Virus record (IMG/VR): IMGVR_UViG_3300025138_000028
Length of the DNA stretch: 64,000 bases
From: an uncultured virus (IMG/VR IMGVR_UViG_3300025138_000028)
Taxonomy: Duplodnaviria > Heunggongvirae > Uroviricota > Caudoviricetes
Direction: 5' to 3' (one strand)
The translations under genes and the position numbers were made by a program. Each line of letters opens with the position of its first letter. Position 1 is the stretch's first letter. The notes under the pieces are model-generated. The model worked only from the letters and a program-made list of their open reading frames with translations. It was not told the origin of the DNA and did not search any database. Below are positions 29,801 to 40,556 of the stretch, piece after piece.

Positions 29801-32800
29801 AGATCATTCTATTGGCATGGGATACTTTAGTAAAGTCAACGGAAAATATGCTATTGTTGCCGGAGGACATACCAATCATGCATTAGGAGATTATTCTGGT
29901 GTATTTACAGGTCAATCAAATATTGCAACAGGTTCTTATTCTACTATAATTGGTGCTGTATCTGGAGAAGTTGAGGGTAGCAAGTCACTAATAATTGGCG
30001 GCAATGCTTCAAAAGTATTAGGCAACAATAGTATATCAATAGCGACTGGTAGCGGTGCTAATCATATTAGAGGCAATAGATCAGTATTTATCGGCGAAGG
30101 TAATGTAGATTCTTCCAGAACAACTGGTGCTGGTACTACCGGTACACAAGATCGTAACTTCTTTATAGGTAGAACTAATGTTGTAGATTCTGAAGGTCTA
30201 AATGTAACAGATAATTACATTATTGGTAAAGATAATACAATAGCTACGACAAATGGCACAAGTGTTTTTCTTATAGGTAAAAATACAAAAATTTCTTCTG
30301 CTGATCAAGGCGCAGGTAATCAAATTATTTTATCTGCTCCAACTTCTACTACTAATCTAGGACAGAATGATAATACAAAAGTTGCTATAGGTAAAACAAA
30401 ATCTAGAGGCTCACTTGACGTTGCTGGTGGAAATGTTTACTTTGGTCATAAATCAGGAACAATGGTTGCAGATGTAAATGCTCTTGGACAATCTATTATG
30501 AGAGCGGGCGATAGTTTTGATGTTCAAATCTTTATCAACGACCAAGACCTGAGAGACTATGCCGCAGGAGTTGATCCTACGGGCGCAACAGTAATCATTG
30601 TTCCTGACGATGTTCCTATGCCTAGTGCTACTGTCACATCAATTAAACAGTCTAATCCAGCGATTGCAATAATAAAAAATACTGGTGGCGTATTAACAAC
30701 TGGAACAACTGTATCATTTTCTATACCCGGTATTGGAGAAATTCAATCATTTATTAATGACTCTACCTTTGCTCTAAGACCTGTGACTGGTGGGCTAGGA
30801 GATAGCTTTAGGATATATAATTCTACAAACACAGCATCGGTTAATACAAATAAAGGTACTACTAGGAATGGAATTACTCTTACTACCTACGATTCTTCTA
30901 TATGGGGAGATCCTTCAGGAATACCTGTAGGTACTTATGTTTCTTTAAAGTCTGCGCCAGTTGCAGTAACCGCTCCAACACATTTTAAAAATTCAGTAAT
31001 TATCGATAGTGATTTAATTGTAAAAGGAACTGTTTCACTACAAGACTCTATGAGAGTATCGAAAGATGTTATCATAGATGGTAACTTAGATATTACTACT
31101 GGATATATTAAAGGTGGTAACTATTTAGATATTACTAGATACGCTAAATTCGGAGATAGTTTAAATGTAGGTGGAAATATAACCGGCGGCGGCACTTTGA
31201 CTATTACAGATAGTGCTACTGTAACAGGTAATATTACAACTAATAGCGATTTAGCTGTAACTGGCAAAGTCCATGTTGGTGATAGTGTAACGATTGTCGG
31301 TGATCTTACTATCGGAGGATCAGTTCGCTGGTTAGATGATACATATGATGATAGTTTCTATATTGGAAATATGTCTTTTGATAGCTATGTCTTGCGTCCA
31401 GGAAGTCAAATTTTTGATGCTCTTTGGACCTCATTTGATACAGATTATGTTCAACAGAGAACAGATTCGGAAAATAACTGGCAAGTATATCCAGACGCAC
31501 TTGTGTATAATCCAAATGATGGATTTAAAGCAGTCACAATTAATCAAGGAAATGACGATGCTTGGACTGGGTGGAATCCAACACTGAATGGTGGAGGAGA
31601 CAATGCTTATTCTCATCCTTTGAGTAAAACTGGCGTTACTCCTGATTATCCTTCGGACGATAATGCATTAACATTAGCTTCTTGGAATAATAGAGGTCAA
31701 TTTAGTGGTGATGGAGATTCTGTTGCTCTTGATGTTAGAGGCAGAGTTAATATTAGACAAAACCCTGGCTTAGATGATTTTGTTTCTAAGCCTCCACTTT
31801 TAGTTAATGGAGCCGGTTGGCCCAACGCATCTTGGATAAGAAAGCCAGGACATATTGATAACGAATATATTCGCGCTCAGATGGATGCTGATTTTATTCG
31901 TAGTTTCATCGACTCAGCATTTGTAATTAGTATTTGGGATTCAGATTATTATTGGAAACATGATAGTTTTAATGCTGTTTATATTGGTGTTCCAGATCAG
32001 CTATACGGAAGCGATGCTGATACCGTAAATCCACTTTATTATAATGGCAATCTAAAAGTTGCTATTAATAGAACTGGTAGAAGCGCAAAATATAATTTAG
32101 ATGTTGTAGGTAATGCAAGATTTACAGACTCTATGCAATTTGACGGTATTGTAGTTTCTGAAAAAAATATTAACGCCAAAAAACAAGTTAAAATTGGTTC
32201 TTACATAGGCTTTGATAATGTAGGTTATATAGATGAAAGTAAATTAACGACAGATAAAGGTCTTTATGTTGGTGATAGTACTCACCTCAGATTAGGTCTT
32301 ACTGTTTTAGGTCACGATAATATATTAGATTCAGTTAAGACATTTACATTTGATGACGCATATTTGCAGATAAAAGAATCTAATAATTATAATACTGCGA
32401 CTATATCAAATAAGTTGGGATCAGATATTCCCACAGATGATAGCCATGCAGAATTTGTATTCAGTAATGACATTGACTATGAATTGCTGAGAGTTCTTAG
32501 AACAGATCAAGCCGGAGTTACAACTCAGCTTGTCAGAGGAACACATTATGATTCATTAGGAAATACTGCACTATTCGATTCAGATTTATATAGTGTAGGT
32601 GGAGCATTTAATGCATTAAAAGCTACTCAGTCAAATAAAGTATATATTCATGAAACCGCTCTTGCATCTACAGACTTAAATCTGGGAATATCTGATAGAT
32701 ATATTGCTCAAGACAGTAACGGAATTGCTAACATCATTATCGGTGCAGTCAAGACTGTAAATGCTGGTGGAAATATTGTTTACGATAGTTTCAATATATT

Positions 32801-35800
32801 AGATGATGGTGGCGATTCACTTTCAATAAAATATCATTTAGCTGTTCTAAACGTAATTGATCCTGTTGTTATATTGCAAGATAGTTTAGGTGTCTTTAAA
32901 GGTCAACTTGTAAAAGATGCAGACTTTACACTTATAGATTCACACCAAATTAGAATTAATAAAGACCTGAAGATTTTACCAGGACTTGTTCACTCTAATG
33001 AAGATAATTCAGTAACAGATTCAGCGCATATCGAATTTGGCGATAAGTTTGTTATTAGTGATTTCTCTCCTCATATTGTGAGTAAATCAAATATTGTTGG
33101 CGTTACTAATCTTTATGGTCATGTTAATCTAGGCACACAAGCGATGGCAAATTCTGCCTATCCTGGATATAATCATACAGGAAGTAGACTTACTACACAT
33201 GATAGTTTTGTTGTAAAAGGTGGTATGCTCTTTGAAAGTGATGGTGCTGGCGGAGAAGGCAGAGTACAGTACAACACTAATTTTCATGTCGATTCAGAAA
33301 AGACGGTTTTCTTTGGACCACAAATTTCTACATCCACAACGACTATAACTACGCCTGCATTTTCAACATCTGGAGTAGCAGATGTAACAGGACATTATAC
33401 AGATATAGTTCCTGCAGTAACTAATACAGTTATAGAAAAAGCGCAATTGGGCATGGATTCACATGTTGTAAATGTACTTTCTCTTATGGATAGTGTTTCT
33501 ATTAAACAACTATGGATGGCACCACAGGGCAACATTTTCTTTGGTCCATATAGAAGTCGTGCTGTACTAAAACAAGATAGTGATGGACTTGGTACACTAT
33601 TAGGAAAAATAGAATCTGACGGTAGTTATATTGGCACTGTCACTGGCATTGAGCATACATATGACTCTTCCTTTAGACTTACGTTAGATTCTCATATTGT
33701 TGAGATTATTGAAAATCCTCCAGTGCCTTCTTTGACATATCAAAAACCAGTCACATTTACAAAAACTAGCAATTACGGCGGCGATGTATTTGTAGACTCA
33801 GAAGCTGGATTTCACGTAAGCACGCCAATTTATTACTACCGATATGAAAGTGATGGAACAGGGGCTGGCATTTTAAATACCTGGGGACCTTCTCCATTGG
33901 GTTCAAATGTTTATCCTGCAGATCAAAAATATCTCAAATTTCAAAAGCTACAATTAGAAAACTTTCAAACATATATTAGTTCAAACAGTGACGTTCAAAA
34001 CGTAGTTTATAAAATTGAATCTGATGGTTCTCCAGTATTTGGTGGATCACCTATCTCAGCTACACCAAATGGCATTTTGCACCATGTTCTTAATGCCGAC
34101 GGTAGTAGAAAGATTAAACAGCTTGCTCTAGATTCTCATATTGTTAGAATTGTAGATTCTGATTATATAGGAGAAAGACTCAATAGTCCTTGGAATTACC
34201 TAACTACTACAGACGGTGTATCACCTAGAATATATCACGATGAAGGTGCGGCTATTATTGTTGGTGACCGTACACTTCTAGCATCTGACGATCATAAAAC
34301 TAAATTTATCATAGACTCTGGAAATGCAGTGTTTATGAGCAATCAAGTATTAGATGACTCAGTGAATGCTCTAAGTGTGGGTACTGTACCATCTCTAGGC
34401 GACAAAACTAGAATGATGTGGGTGCCGACAAGAGGTGCTTTCAGAGCAGGTGCTCTAACAGGAACAGCACCAAACGGAGTTAGCATTGCCCAAGCAGACT
34501 TATGGAATGATAGTCATATTGGTTATCTATCTGTTGGTATCGGCACAAACACAAATGCAAGCCATTATTCAACTGCACTTGGTTACGGCGCAATTGCTGG
34601 ACTAACAAAAGATTCTTCAGGTACAAATTCTAGAACACATACTGGTTTCCATAATACATATAATGCAGTATCTATAGGACATACCGTTAGAAGTCTTAGT
34701 AATAATTCGATTGCTATTGGTAAAGCTATTGACAACCAAATGGTTATAGCGCAGTCTCCAGGATCTACCGGAAATGCCTGGACTGATAGTAATATGATAT
34801 CTATCGGATACAATATTGCTAATACTAGATCCAGAAGCACCCTTCTAGGTGCTGATCTAGTGGCAAAAGCTGAAGATACTGTTCTTATAGGTCGTGATAT
34901 AATACTAAACAATAGTGGACATACTAGAGCAAGAAACGTTACTGCTATAGGTAAAGGTATTAGTACTCCTTCTGGAGCAGGAAGATCCAAAAATACATTA
35001 TATGTTGGACACGAAATATCTAATGGAGCGACAAGTAACACTGGTAATAATACTTTCATAGGTAAAGATTTAACAATATCAGGAAATACTCATAGTTCTT
35101 TCGCTATTGGTAGAAATATTACACTTGCAGGCACAACTTCAGCTGGCATGATAGGCTCAGATATTACTAAAAGTGGCTCAGGTACTGGTACGCTAATTGG
35201 TTTTAACGGCGCAGTTAGTAAATCTGGTCTTGCTATAGGTAGATCAGTTTCTTCTGATGCAGGTGTTGCGATTGGTAAAAATGTTGCGTCTACTCATTCA
35301 TCTGGATCTTCTGGTGTTGCGATTGGTTTTAATGTTAGTGCGGGCCAAAATGCTATTGGTATAGGATTTAGCTTACTGTCGGTAGCTAAAAATTCTACAA
35401 ATGTTGGTAGAGCTAATATCACTGCAAGAGATGCAGTTTCTCTTGGAAGAGATAATAATTCAGGCTCAAGATATGACGTTACAATCGGTAAAGGAAATGT
35501 TACTAGCGGTAGCAATAGTCCATCTATAGCCATGGGTATTAATTCAGTAGCAACAGGACAAACATCTGTTGCGATTGGTCATACAACTAAGTCGCGAGGC
35601 AAAAATTCTTTAACTATTGGTAAATCTAATGATACGACTAGTCAAGAATCGATACTTATTGGTGTAAGTAACACGCAATCTCCTAGAACTGTTGTTGTAG
35701 GATATTCAAATACTGGTGCTGGATCACATTCTGGTTCAAATAAAAATGATTATGAAATTGTCGTAGGATCATATAACACGGGTAACTCAAGAGCAAATAT

Positions 35801-38800
35801 TTTTGGTACATATAATACTAACAATACTAGAGTTTCAATTTATGGTTCCGAGAATAATAATGCAGCGACTGGATCAGGTAATGATGCTAAAAATGCTTTA
35901 ATATATGGTAGAGATAATACAATTACTGAAAATAATGGTATTGTTTATGGCTCAGGAAATGAAGTATCTAATAATGCTATAGGCTTTGGTAGAAATGAGG
36001 AAGTCACTGCACAGGGTCTTTCATTTGGTACAGGAAATGCTGTAAACTATAATACTGTAAAAACTCCTAACAGAACAATAAGTTCTAAATCTATTGCATT
36101 TGGTAGAGATAATGATGTTGATAGAGAAGGCATTGCATTTGGTAGAGATAATACCGCTGACAATAACGGTATAGCATTCGGCAGATCAAGTATAGCAGAC
36201 TCTTCAGGAATTGCTCTAGGAACAGGAGTTACAGGAAGTGGTGCTGGCGCACTAGCACTCGGTAGCGTTATAACTGTTGGAGGACCCAATACATCTTCAG
36301 CACTCAATAGTGTCGGTATTGGTTTGGGAACAGCTTCAAAATCAGTAACTCATGATAACATCTTGTCTATTCAAGGTGGCCAAACTATTATAAGTATTAG
36401 TCCATACGATTCAGTGCATTCTATTCCTGCTACAAAAACTCTTAATAGTAGTAATCAAGTAGTAACTGCACCTAACGTCACTGGAAGAGTCAGTGTACCT
36501 TATGCATTAGAAGTTAATGGTGATATTAACGTCACTGAAGATTATTATATGCAGGGTATGAGGATGTATAATTACATCCGACAAGTCGCTGCTGATTCTG
36601 ATTGGATCTTAGATGCTGCCGATTCTGATTATGTAAAGACTGTTGTTACTCAGGAATATTTAAGAGCAACACAAACAGCAGATGAATTTTTCCATAATCA
36701 TACAGAAGGTCCAGGAGGCAATCTGTATTATAATGGAACTGGTATTGTTGGAATAGGACTTCAGCATACTTTAACATCTAACACTCCAGGTTATAATAGA
36801 TATAACGCCGCTGCCGGAGGTATTCCTGATACTCCAGTAGTCGATTATAAATTAGATGTTGCAGGTAACGTCAATTTAGAAGGACTAACGTATCACGGCG
36901 ATGTTATTCTGCCTCTAGTCCAAGACGATGCTGTATATCTAAATCATTATCAAAATCTTTATACAATTAATATTGATGAAGAATCTGCTTCTTTATGGTT
37001 TGATTCATTTTATGTTAATGAAAGAGCGAAGTTTGGTATAGGTAATAATAATTACGACTCTTTTGCAGTTATGGATTTGATCGATACTTTCTATATTGAT
37101 AACAATATTACAAAAGTTTGGCCAGACTCAGCATATGTATTTACGTCCGTAGATAGTCTTGCTACAGATGAATACATTGCATTTAGACCTAGAATACCTA
37201 TTCCTCAGTATGGAGATTTTCCGAGCATTCCTATTGGATCAAGACTAGGTCAAGCACAATATATTAACCCTGTCGCTGCATTTGAGCCTTTATTTGGTAC
37301 AAGAGTTGGTATTGGTACAGTAAAATATAATGGTACAAGCTATGGTACTGAAGCAAGTCAAGCACTACAAAATACAGAAGCAGTTCAAGCATTCGGTAAC
37401 ACTCCTGGTTATGACAATTCAGGACTTGCAGTAGCGGGTAAAGTAGTCATTCACGGACCTAATGATCCTTCACTTACTGGCATTCCATCACAACCAGCAC
37501 TTCAAATTTTCAACGGACATATCTCTATTGACGGTGTTCCCTTAGATTTGTCAAAAACATTTGCAAATGATGGAACATACACAACATATCAATTTACCGA
37601 TTTTATAGGTGTAGGCAAAACTACACCTACACATCACATTGATGTAAACGGTCGTATTAATGCAGATAGCGGCTTGTATATTGCTGGACAAAATATATTT
37701 CAGTTATTAGATTCTGATTTTGTTCAAAGTGCTGTAACCTTTAGTTATCTTAAAGATTTTGCTGGAGTAGATAGTAGTTATATTCAATCTGCAATTGATA
37801 GTGCTTATATGACGTTTGTGATCAATGAACCTTATATCAAAGAAATTGTAGATAGTGCTTACATACAAGGTATTGTAGATAGTGCTTACATTTTCAGTGT
37901 TGCAGATAGTGGATATATTCAAAGTGTTGTAGATAGTGCTTATATATTAAGTGCAGCGGACAGTGATTATGTATTAAGTGTCGTGGACAGTGATTATGTA
38001 TTAAGTGCTGCAAATAGTGATTACATTCTAAGCATTGCGGATAGCGGACATATCCTTAGTGCTGCGGATAGTAATTACATTATAAGCGCACTTCAAGCAA
38101 CCAATAGTATTATTCCAGCAACAACTGAAGTTTATGATATTGGTAGTTCAACTCATAGATTTAAAGATTTATTCCTGAGTGGAACAACAATTAATCTTGG
38201 TGGCACCTTAATTAAATCAACAGCTTCTGGAATTAGTGTGACAGATTCTGATGGAATAGCAAGTAGAGTTATAGGTGTAGACTCTAATGCGGTATTACAA
38301 TTTGTAGATTCTAGTTACGTTAGAGCGAGAGCGGATAGCGGATATATACAGAGTATTGCAGATAGTGCTTACATTTTCAGTGTTGCGGATAGCGGATATA
38401 TTAGCGGTATAATTGATTCCTCATATGTCAGTTCAAGAGTTACAATTTCGGATAATCGAATTACTTCTGTAATTACAGATTCTTATATAGCAACATCAAC
38501 TGGAATAGGACTAACAGCCGTTGATTTTGGACAAAATAATATATTATACAATAATACGTTTACAACAGCAACATTACCAAACGCTATAACATATAAAGGC
38601 ATGGTAGTATTTGATGCTACAGCAAACTTACCAAAAATTGCTGTAGGCGGATCATGGGACGAATTAGCGAGAGCAACAGATATTAGATCGATTGCAGATA
38701 GTGCAGCCGCAGCGATAGTTGCATCTGCTCCAGCTGTTTTAGATACTTTGAATGAATTAGCCCAAGCTTTAGGTAACGATGCTGATTTCTCAACTACAAT

Positions 38801-40556
38801 TACAACTAGCATTGCTGAAAAATTACCATTAGCTGGCGGAACTTTGACTGGCGATCTTGATGTTGGTTCGAATAAAATTCTATATTCAAATGTTTATGCT
38901 ACTGAAGGTGATCTTCCATCAGCAAGTACATATCATGGCATGTTCGCGCACGTTCATGGAACTGGTAAAGGTTATTTTGCACACGCAGGTAATTGGATTC
39001 AACTAGTTAGTGCAAATGATATTGATAGTGCTTACATCAATGCAAGAGTTGTAATTCCACCGGCATTCGATAGCGCAGACGTTGTAGGAATTGTTGATAG
39101 TGCTTATATTGCGTCAAGAGTTGAAGCTGGTACAGATAGTGCAGCAATCTTGGGTATGATAGATAGTGCTTATATTTCAGCTAGAGTTGAAGCTGGTACA
39201 GATAGTGCAGCAATCTTGGGTATGATAGATAGTGCTTATATTTCAGCTAGAGTTTCCGGCGGCGGTGGCAGCGGTGAAGTAGATAGTGCATTTATTTCAT
39301 CTGTCGCTGCATCCACACTTTCAACTGGATTTGCAGTTTACAAATATAGCGCAACAGCAGGACAAACAGTGTTCTCTGGCAATGATCTGTATAGTAATAC
39401 TCTATCATTTATGACTGTAGATAATTCACCTATCGTTTACCTGAACGGTGCATTATTAAGATACGGAGATGATTATACAACTGGTGGAACTACAACAACA
39501 GTAACTTTAACAAGTGCCGCAAGCCTTGGTGATGAAATTACTATCATGGCATTTAATAATGTTAGTGGTTCTGTGGTATATAATACCACAACTATTAATT
39601 CATATACTAAACCACACTTTACTAATTACAAGTTTGAAGCAGATAGCGGTTCTACAACATTCTCAGGTAATGACGTTAACGGAATATCATTAGCGTTTGA
39701 TTCAGATAGAATTCAAGTATTTAATAATGGTATCAGACTTGTAAATAATGCAGATTATACAGCAGATCCAGTAACAAACGTAATTACAACAACTTACGGA
39801 TTAGATTCTGGTGATGAACTTATAATCAACGCTCTAACATATAGTGATGTTTTATTTAATGCCGGATTACTTGATAGTGCTGATATTAGATCAATTGCAG
39901 CCTCAGGTGTTGCCATATCCGATTTACCTCCAACATCACCTTCGCCCGGTCAAATGTGGTTTGATCCAGAGTTTTTAGAAACTTATGTATATTATACAGA
40001 CGATGATACATCACAATGGGTAAAAGCAAACCCATCGGGCTTTGGCGCTAATTTCGATAGTAATGTATTTAATCTAATCGACAGTGCTTATATTTCAGCT
40101 AGAGTTTCGGGCGGTTCTGGCGCAGATAGTGCAGCGATTATAGGATTAGTTGATAGTGCTTATATTTCGGCTAGAGTTTCGGGCGGTTCTGGCGCAGATA
40201 GTGCAGCGATTATAGGATTAGTTGATAGTGCATACGTTGCAGCAAGAACACCAGCATCCACTTCTCCAAATAGTTGGTCTGAAGTAACAAGTACAATAAC
40301 AGCGACCGCCGGTCAAAGACTTATTCTTGATACTTCAACATCAATAGTTGTAAATCTTCCAGCATCACCAACATTAGGAGATGAGATTAGAATTATAGAT
40401 GGAACTGGAACAGCAGCAACTAATAACATCACTATAAATAGAAATGGTAATAAGATTGAAGCAAATGATTCTGATTTAACAATTGACGTTAATAGGGCAG
40501 CTTTTGGACTTGTATATTATAATGCTGCTAATGGGTGGCTATTTACGGAGAAATAA
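26844..40556 (+). CDS. Giant (4570 aa) tail fibre/adhesin with YadA-head-like repeats and DS-rich repeats
   Basis: N-terminal IRIKRS...LKVGELAYS; many SIAIG/AVALG/GIAFGRDN units; C-terminal LPASPTLGDEIRIID...NITINRNG domain common in T4-like fibres. Confidence 0.8.
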   Translation: MPAIIRIKRSGDLLAPANLKVGELAYSYASLSKTLYIGIGPAINSDGDAAQVVAIGGEKFTALMSVTPGISSPQQFLLLGDSRNTDYLKLQELVADSATIGNLNVVTGYSQYFNADSAYVSQIIIDSGYSKYLKVDSAYVSQLVSDSAQITYANIETSYQTLITGPSEIVIDPAGIGDNTGKVHIKGDLQVDGIQTIINSTEVSTNDKNITLADSAVDSSAASGAGITIYGPDQDPVYGRASFYWDATENEWVATKGINSPYIDADSGRIGSISGSFTNYDSGYISQFTSDSANIHTITGSQAEYTFGIFNTVSSTNYYKTDAIENALIKTQTDTEFVQDANLVFGNYVSAFSPATSGLHIGFEDTMDSGYYNFIATNEGYVQAQSLKIGDHKNPKTPTANPMAFSFSGNENRAGDFYGIEVNDSQFISTALQNVFRSDYTKLHAQTLSPTEDSSRGINIIRIASIEDSDLVEFRKDGSINFEGDLFQRGLPFVGGGVFRRVNNANGIDVNDIAYTPEKYSVAIDPYSVGAKVGINTDKPHFDFDFRGSQFSISGQITSQALAETSTPLDFHLQPLSVVSGLTSFGISADDSDKSRLLFDTKSARFRAGYFSYDKIVDGNMGTFSTAFGRDTVAKGRYSFASGDSSEAYGHYSIAMGKQSLVDGEANPLLSEHSIAIGKEQKVKSSQEAVALGSENQISNSNSAIAIGKNNVIGTYNPVEDGSKSISIGTDNIVNDNLSAAFGTNNTVEGNQSFAIGFGHTIPKPTSGNANNFAFGANALFTTETSFSTAIGNRAKFGNADGSVAISLGLGSTNPTDANYFRPIQDNSLLSIQNGNVSIGTDSDQVSAGLSTGQGNLLVVGDIIYEGELFKRTENGLATPSPWVDNGFNITYNNTNDINEPKPIGVNISNPNHLFELDGDFLTRGTYKTTWKTDTNWFDSAAGTSDFGTALLASTTSPSIFGYHTDAAIFRVGKLKIAEQSNDSMGDHSIGMGYFSKVNGKYAIVAGGHTNHALGDYSGVFTGQSNIATGSYSTIIGAVSGEVEGSKSLIIGGNASKVLGNNSISIATGSGANHIRGNRSVFIGEGNVDSSRTTGAGTTGTQDRNFFIGRTNVVDSEGLNVTDNYIIGKDNTIATTNGTSVFLIGKNTKISSADQGAGNQIILSAPTSTTNLGQNDNTKVAIGKTKSRGSLDVAGGNVYFGHKSGTMVADVNALGQSIMRAGDSFDVQIFINDQDLRDYAAGVDPTGATVIIVPDDVPMPSATVTSIKQSNPAIAIIKNTGGVLTTGTTVSFSIPGIGEIQSFINDSTFALRPVTGGLGDSFRIYNSTNTASVNTNKGTTRNGITLTTYDSSIWGDPSGIPVGTYVSLKSAPVAVTAPTHFKNSVIIDSDLIVKGTVSLQDSMRVSKDVIIDGNLDITTGYIKGGNYLDITRYAKFGDSLNVGGNITGGGTLTITDSATVTGNITTNSDLAVTGKVHVGDSVTIVGDLTIGGSVRWLDDTYDDSFYIGNMSFDSYVLRPGSQIFDALWTSFDTDYVQQRTDSENNWQVYPDALVYNPNDGFKAVTINQGNDDAWTGWNPTLNGGGDNAYSHPLSKTGVTPDYPSDDNALTLASWNNRGQFSGDGDSVALDVRGRVNIRQNPGLDDFVSKPPLLVNGAGWPNASWIRKPGHIDNEYIRAQMDADFIRSFIDSAFVISIWDSDYYWKHDSFNAVYIGVPDQLYGSDADTVNPLYYNGNLKVAINRTGRSAKYNLDVVGNARFTDSMQFDGIVVSEKNINAKKQVKIGSYIGFDNVGYIDESKLTTDKGLYVGDSTHLRLGLTVLGHDNILDSVKTFTFDDAYLQIKESNNYNTATISNKLGSDIPTDDSHAEFVFSNDIDYELLRVLRTDQAGVTTQLVRGTHYDSLGNTALFDSDLYSVGGAFNALKATQSNKVYIHETALASTDLNLGISDRYIAQDSNGIANIIIGAVKTVNAGGNIVYDSFNILDDGGDSLSIKYHLAVLNVIDPVVILQDSLGVFKGQLVKDADFTLIDSHQIRINKDLKILPGLVHSNEDNSVTDSAHIEFGDKFVISDFSPHIVSKSNIVGVTNLYGHVNLGTQAMANSAYPGYNHTGSRLTTHDSFVVKGGMLFESDGAGGEGRVQYNTNFHVDSEKTVFFGPQISTSTTTITTPAFSTSGVADVTGHYTDIVPAVTNTVIEKAQLGMDSHVVNVLSLMDSVSIKQLWMAPQGNIFFGPYRSRAVLKQDSDGLGTLLGKIESDGSYIGTVTGIEHTYDSSFRLTLDSHIVEIIENPPVPSLTYQKPVTFTKTSNYGGDVFVDSEAGFHVSTPIYYYRYESDGTGAGILNTWGPSPLGSNVYPADQKYLKFQKLQLENFQTYISSNSDVQNVVYKIESDGSPVFGGSPISATPNGILHHVLNADGSRKIKQLALDSHIVRIVDSDYIGERLNSPWNYLTTTDGVSPRIYHDEGAAIIVGDRTLLASDDHKTKFIIDSGNAVFMSNQVLDDSVNALSVGTVPSLGDKTRMMWVPTRGAFRAGALTGTAPNGVSIAQADLWNDSHIGYLSVGIGTNTNASHYSTALGYGAIAGLTKDSSGTNSRTHTGFHNTYNAVSIGHTVRSLSNNSIAIGKAIDNQMVIAQSPGSTGNAWTDSNMISIGYNIANTRSRSTLLGADLVAKAEDTVLIGRDIILNNSGHTRARNVTAIGKGISTPSGAGRSKNTLYVGHEISNGATSNTGNNTFIGKDLTISGNTHSSFAIGRNITLAGTTSAGMIGSDITKSGSGTGTLIGFNGAVSKSGLAIGRSVSSDAGVAIGKNVASTHSSGSSGVAIGFNVSAGQNAIGIGFSLLSVAKNSTNVGRANITARDAVSLGRDNNSGSRYDVTIGKGNVTSGSNSPSIAMGINSVATGQTSVAIGHTTKSRGKNSLTIGKSNDTTSQESILIGVSNTQSPRTVVVGYSNTGAGSHSGSNKNDYEIVVGSYNTGNSRANIFGTYNTNNTRVSIYGSENNNAATGSGNDAKNALIYGRDNTITENNGIVYGSGNEVSNNAIGFGRNEEVTAQGLSFGTGNAVNYNTVKTPNRTISSKSIAFGRDNDVDREGIAFGRDNTADNNGIAFGRSSIADSSGIALGTGVTGSGAGALALGSVITVGGPNTSSALNSVGIGLGTASKSVTHDNILSIQGGQTIISISPYDSVHSIPATKTLNSSNQVVTAPNVTGRVSVPYALEVNGDINVTEDYYMQGMRMYNYIRQVAADSDWILDAADSDYVKTVVTQEYLRATQTADEFFHNHTEGPGGNLYYNGTGIVGIGLQHTLTSNTPGYNRYNAAAGGIPDTPVVDYKLDVAGNVNLEGLTYHGDVILPLVQDDAVYLNHYQNLYTINIDEESASLWFDSFYVNERAKFGIGNNNYDSFAVMDLIDTFYIDNNITKVWPDSAYVFTSVDSLATDEYIAFRPRIPIPQYGDFPSIPIGSRLGQAQYINPVAAFEPLFGTRVGIGTVKYNGTSYGTEASQALQNTEAVQAFGNTPGYDNSGLAVAGKVVIHGPNDPSLTGIPSQPALQIFNGHISIDGVPLDLSKTFANDGTYTTYQFTDFIGVGKTTPTHHIDVNGRINADSGLYIAGQNIFQLLDSDFVQSAVTFSYLKDFAGVDSSYIQSAIDSAYMTFVINEPYIKEIVDSAYIQGIVDSAYIFSVADSGYIQSVVDSAYILSAADSDYVLSVVDSDYVLSAANSDYILSIADSGHILSAADSNYIISALQATNSIIPATTEVYDIGSSTHRFKDLFLSGTTINLGGTLIKSTASGISVTDSDGIASRVIGVDSNAVLQFVDSSYVRARADSGYIQSIADSAYIFSVADSGYISGIIDSSYVSSRVTISDNRITSVITDSYIATSTGIGLTAVDFGQNNILYNNTFTTATLPNAITYKGMVVFDATANLPKIAVGGSWDELARATDIRSIADSAAAAIVASAPAVLDTLNELAQALGNDADFSTTITTSIAEKLPLAGGTLTGDLDVGSNKILYSNVYATEGDLPSASTYHGMFAHVHGTGKGYFAHAGNWIQLVSANDIDSAYINARVVIPPAFDSADVVGIVDSAYIASRVEAGTDSAAILGMIDSAYISARVEAGTDSAAILGMIDSAYISARVSGGGGSGEVDSAFISSVAASTLSTGFAVYKYSATAGQTVFSGNDLYSNTLSFMTVDNSPIVYLNGALLRYGDDYTTGGTTTTVTLTSAASLGDEITIMAFNNVSGSVVYNTTTINSYTKPHFTNYKFEADSGSTTFSGNDVNGISLAFDSDRIQVFNNGIRLVNNADYTADPVTNVITTTYGLDSGDELIINALTYSDVLFNAGLLDSADIRSIAASGVAISDLPPTSPSPGQMWFDPEFLETYVYYTDDDTSQWVKANPSGFGANFDSNVFNLIDSAYISARVSGGSGADSAAIIGLVDSAYISARVSGGSGADSAAIIGLVDSAYVAARTPASTSPNSWSEVTSTITATAGQRLILDTSTSIVVNLPASPTLGDEIRIIDGTGTAATNNITINRNGNKIEANDSDLTIDVNRAAFGLVYYNAANGWLFTEK
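37770..38093 (+). repeat. Twelve 9-aa (27-bp) degenerate DSxYxxxxx repeats
   Basis: DSSYIQSAI/DSAYMTFVI/NEPYIKEIV/DSAYIQGIV/DSAYIFSVA/DSGYIQSVV/DSAYILSAA/DSDYVLSVV/DSDYVLSAA/NSDYILSIA/DSGHILSAA/DSNYIISAL. Confidence 0.9.
39117..39248 (+). repeat. Perfect 2 x 66-bp tandem duplication
   Basis: Encodes RVEAGTDSAAILGMIDSAYISA twice, with identical DNA. Confidence 0.9.
40083..40226 (+). repeat. 2 x 72-bp tandem duplication (one synonymous mismatch)
   Basis: Encodes SAYISARVSGGSGADSAAIIGLVD twice. Confidence 0.9.

Noticed and set aside
34583..36307. Minus-strand ORFs 34583-35059, 35294-35533 and 36047-36307
   Set aside because: Antisense shadows of the Gly/Ala/Ser-rich giant fibre; no recognisable motifs.
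37770..40226. Possible CRISPR-like array
   Set aside because: Repeats are in-frame multiples of 3 inside a coding gene, with no unique spacers and no cas genes.
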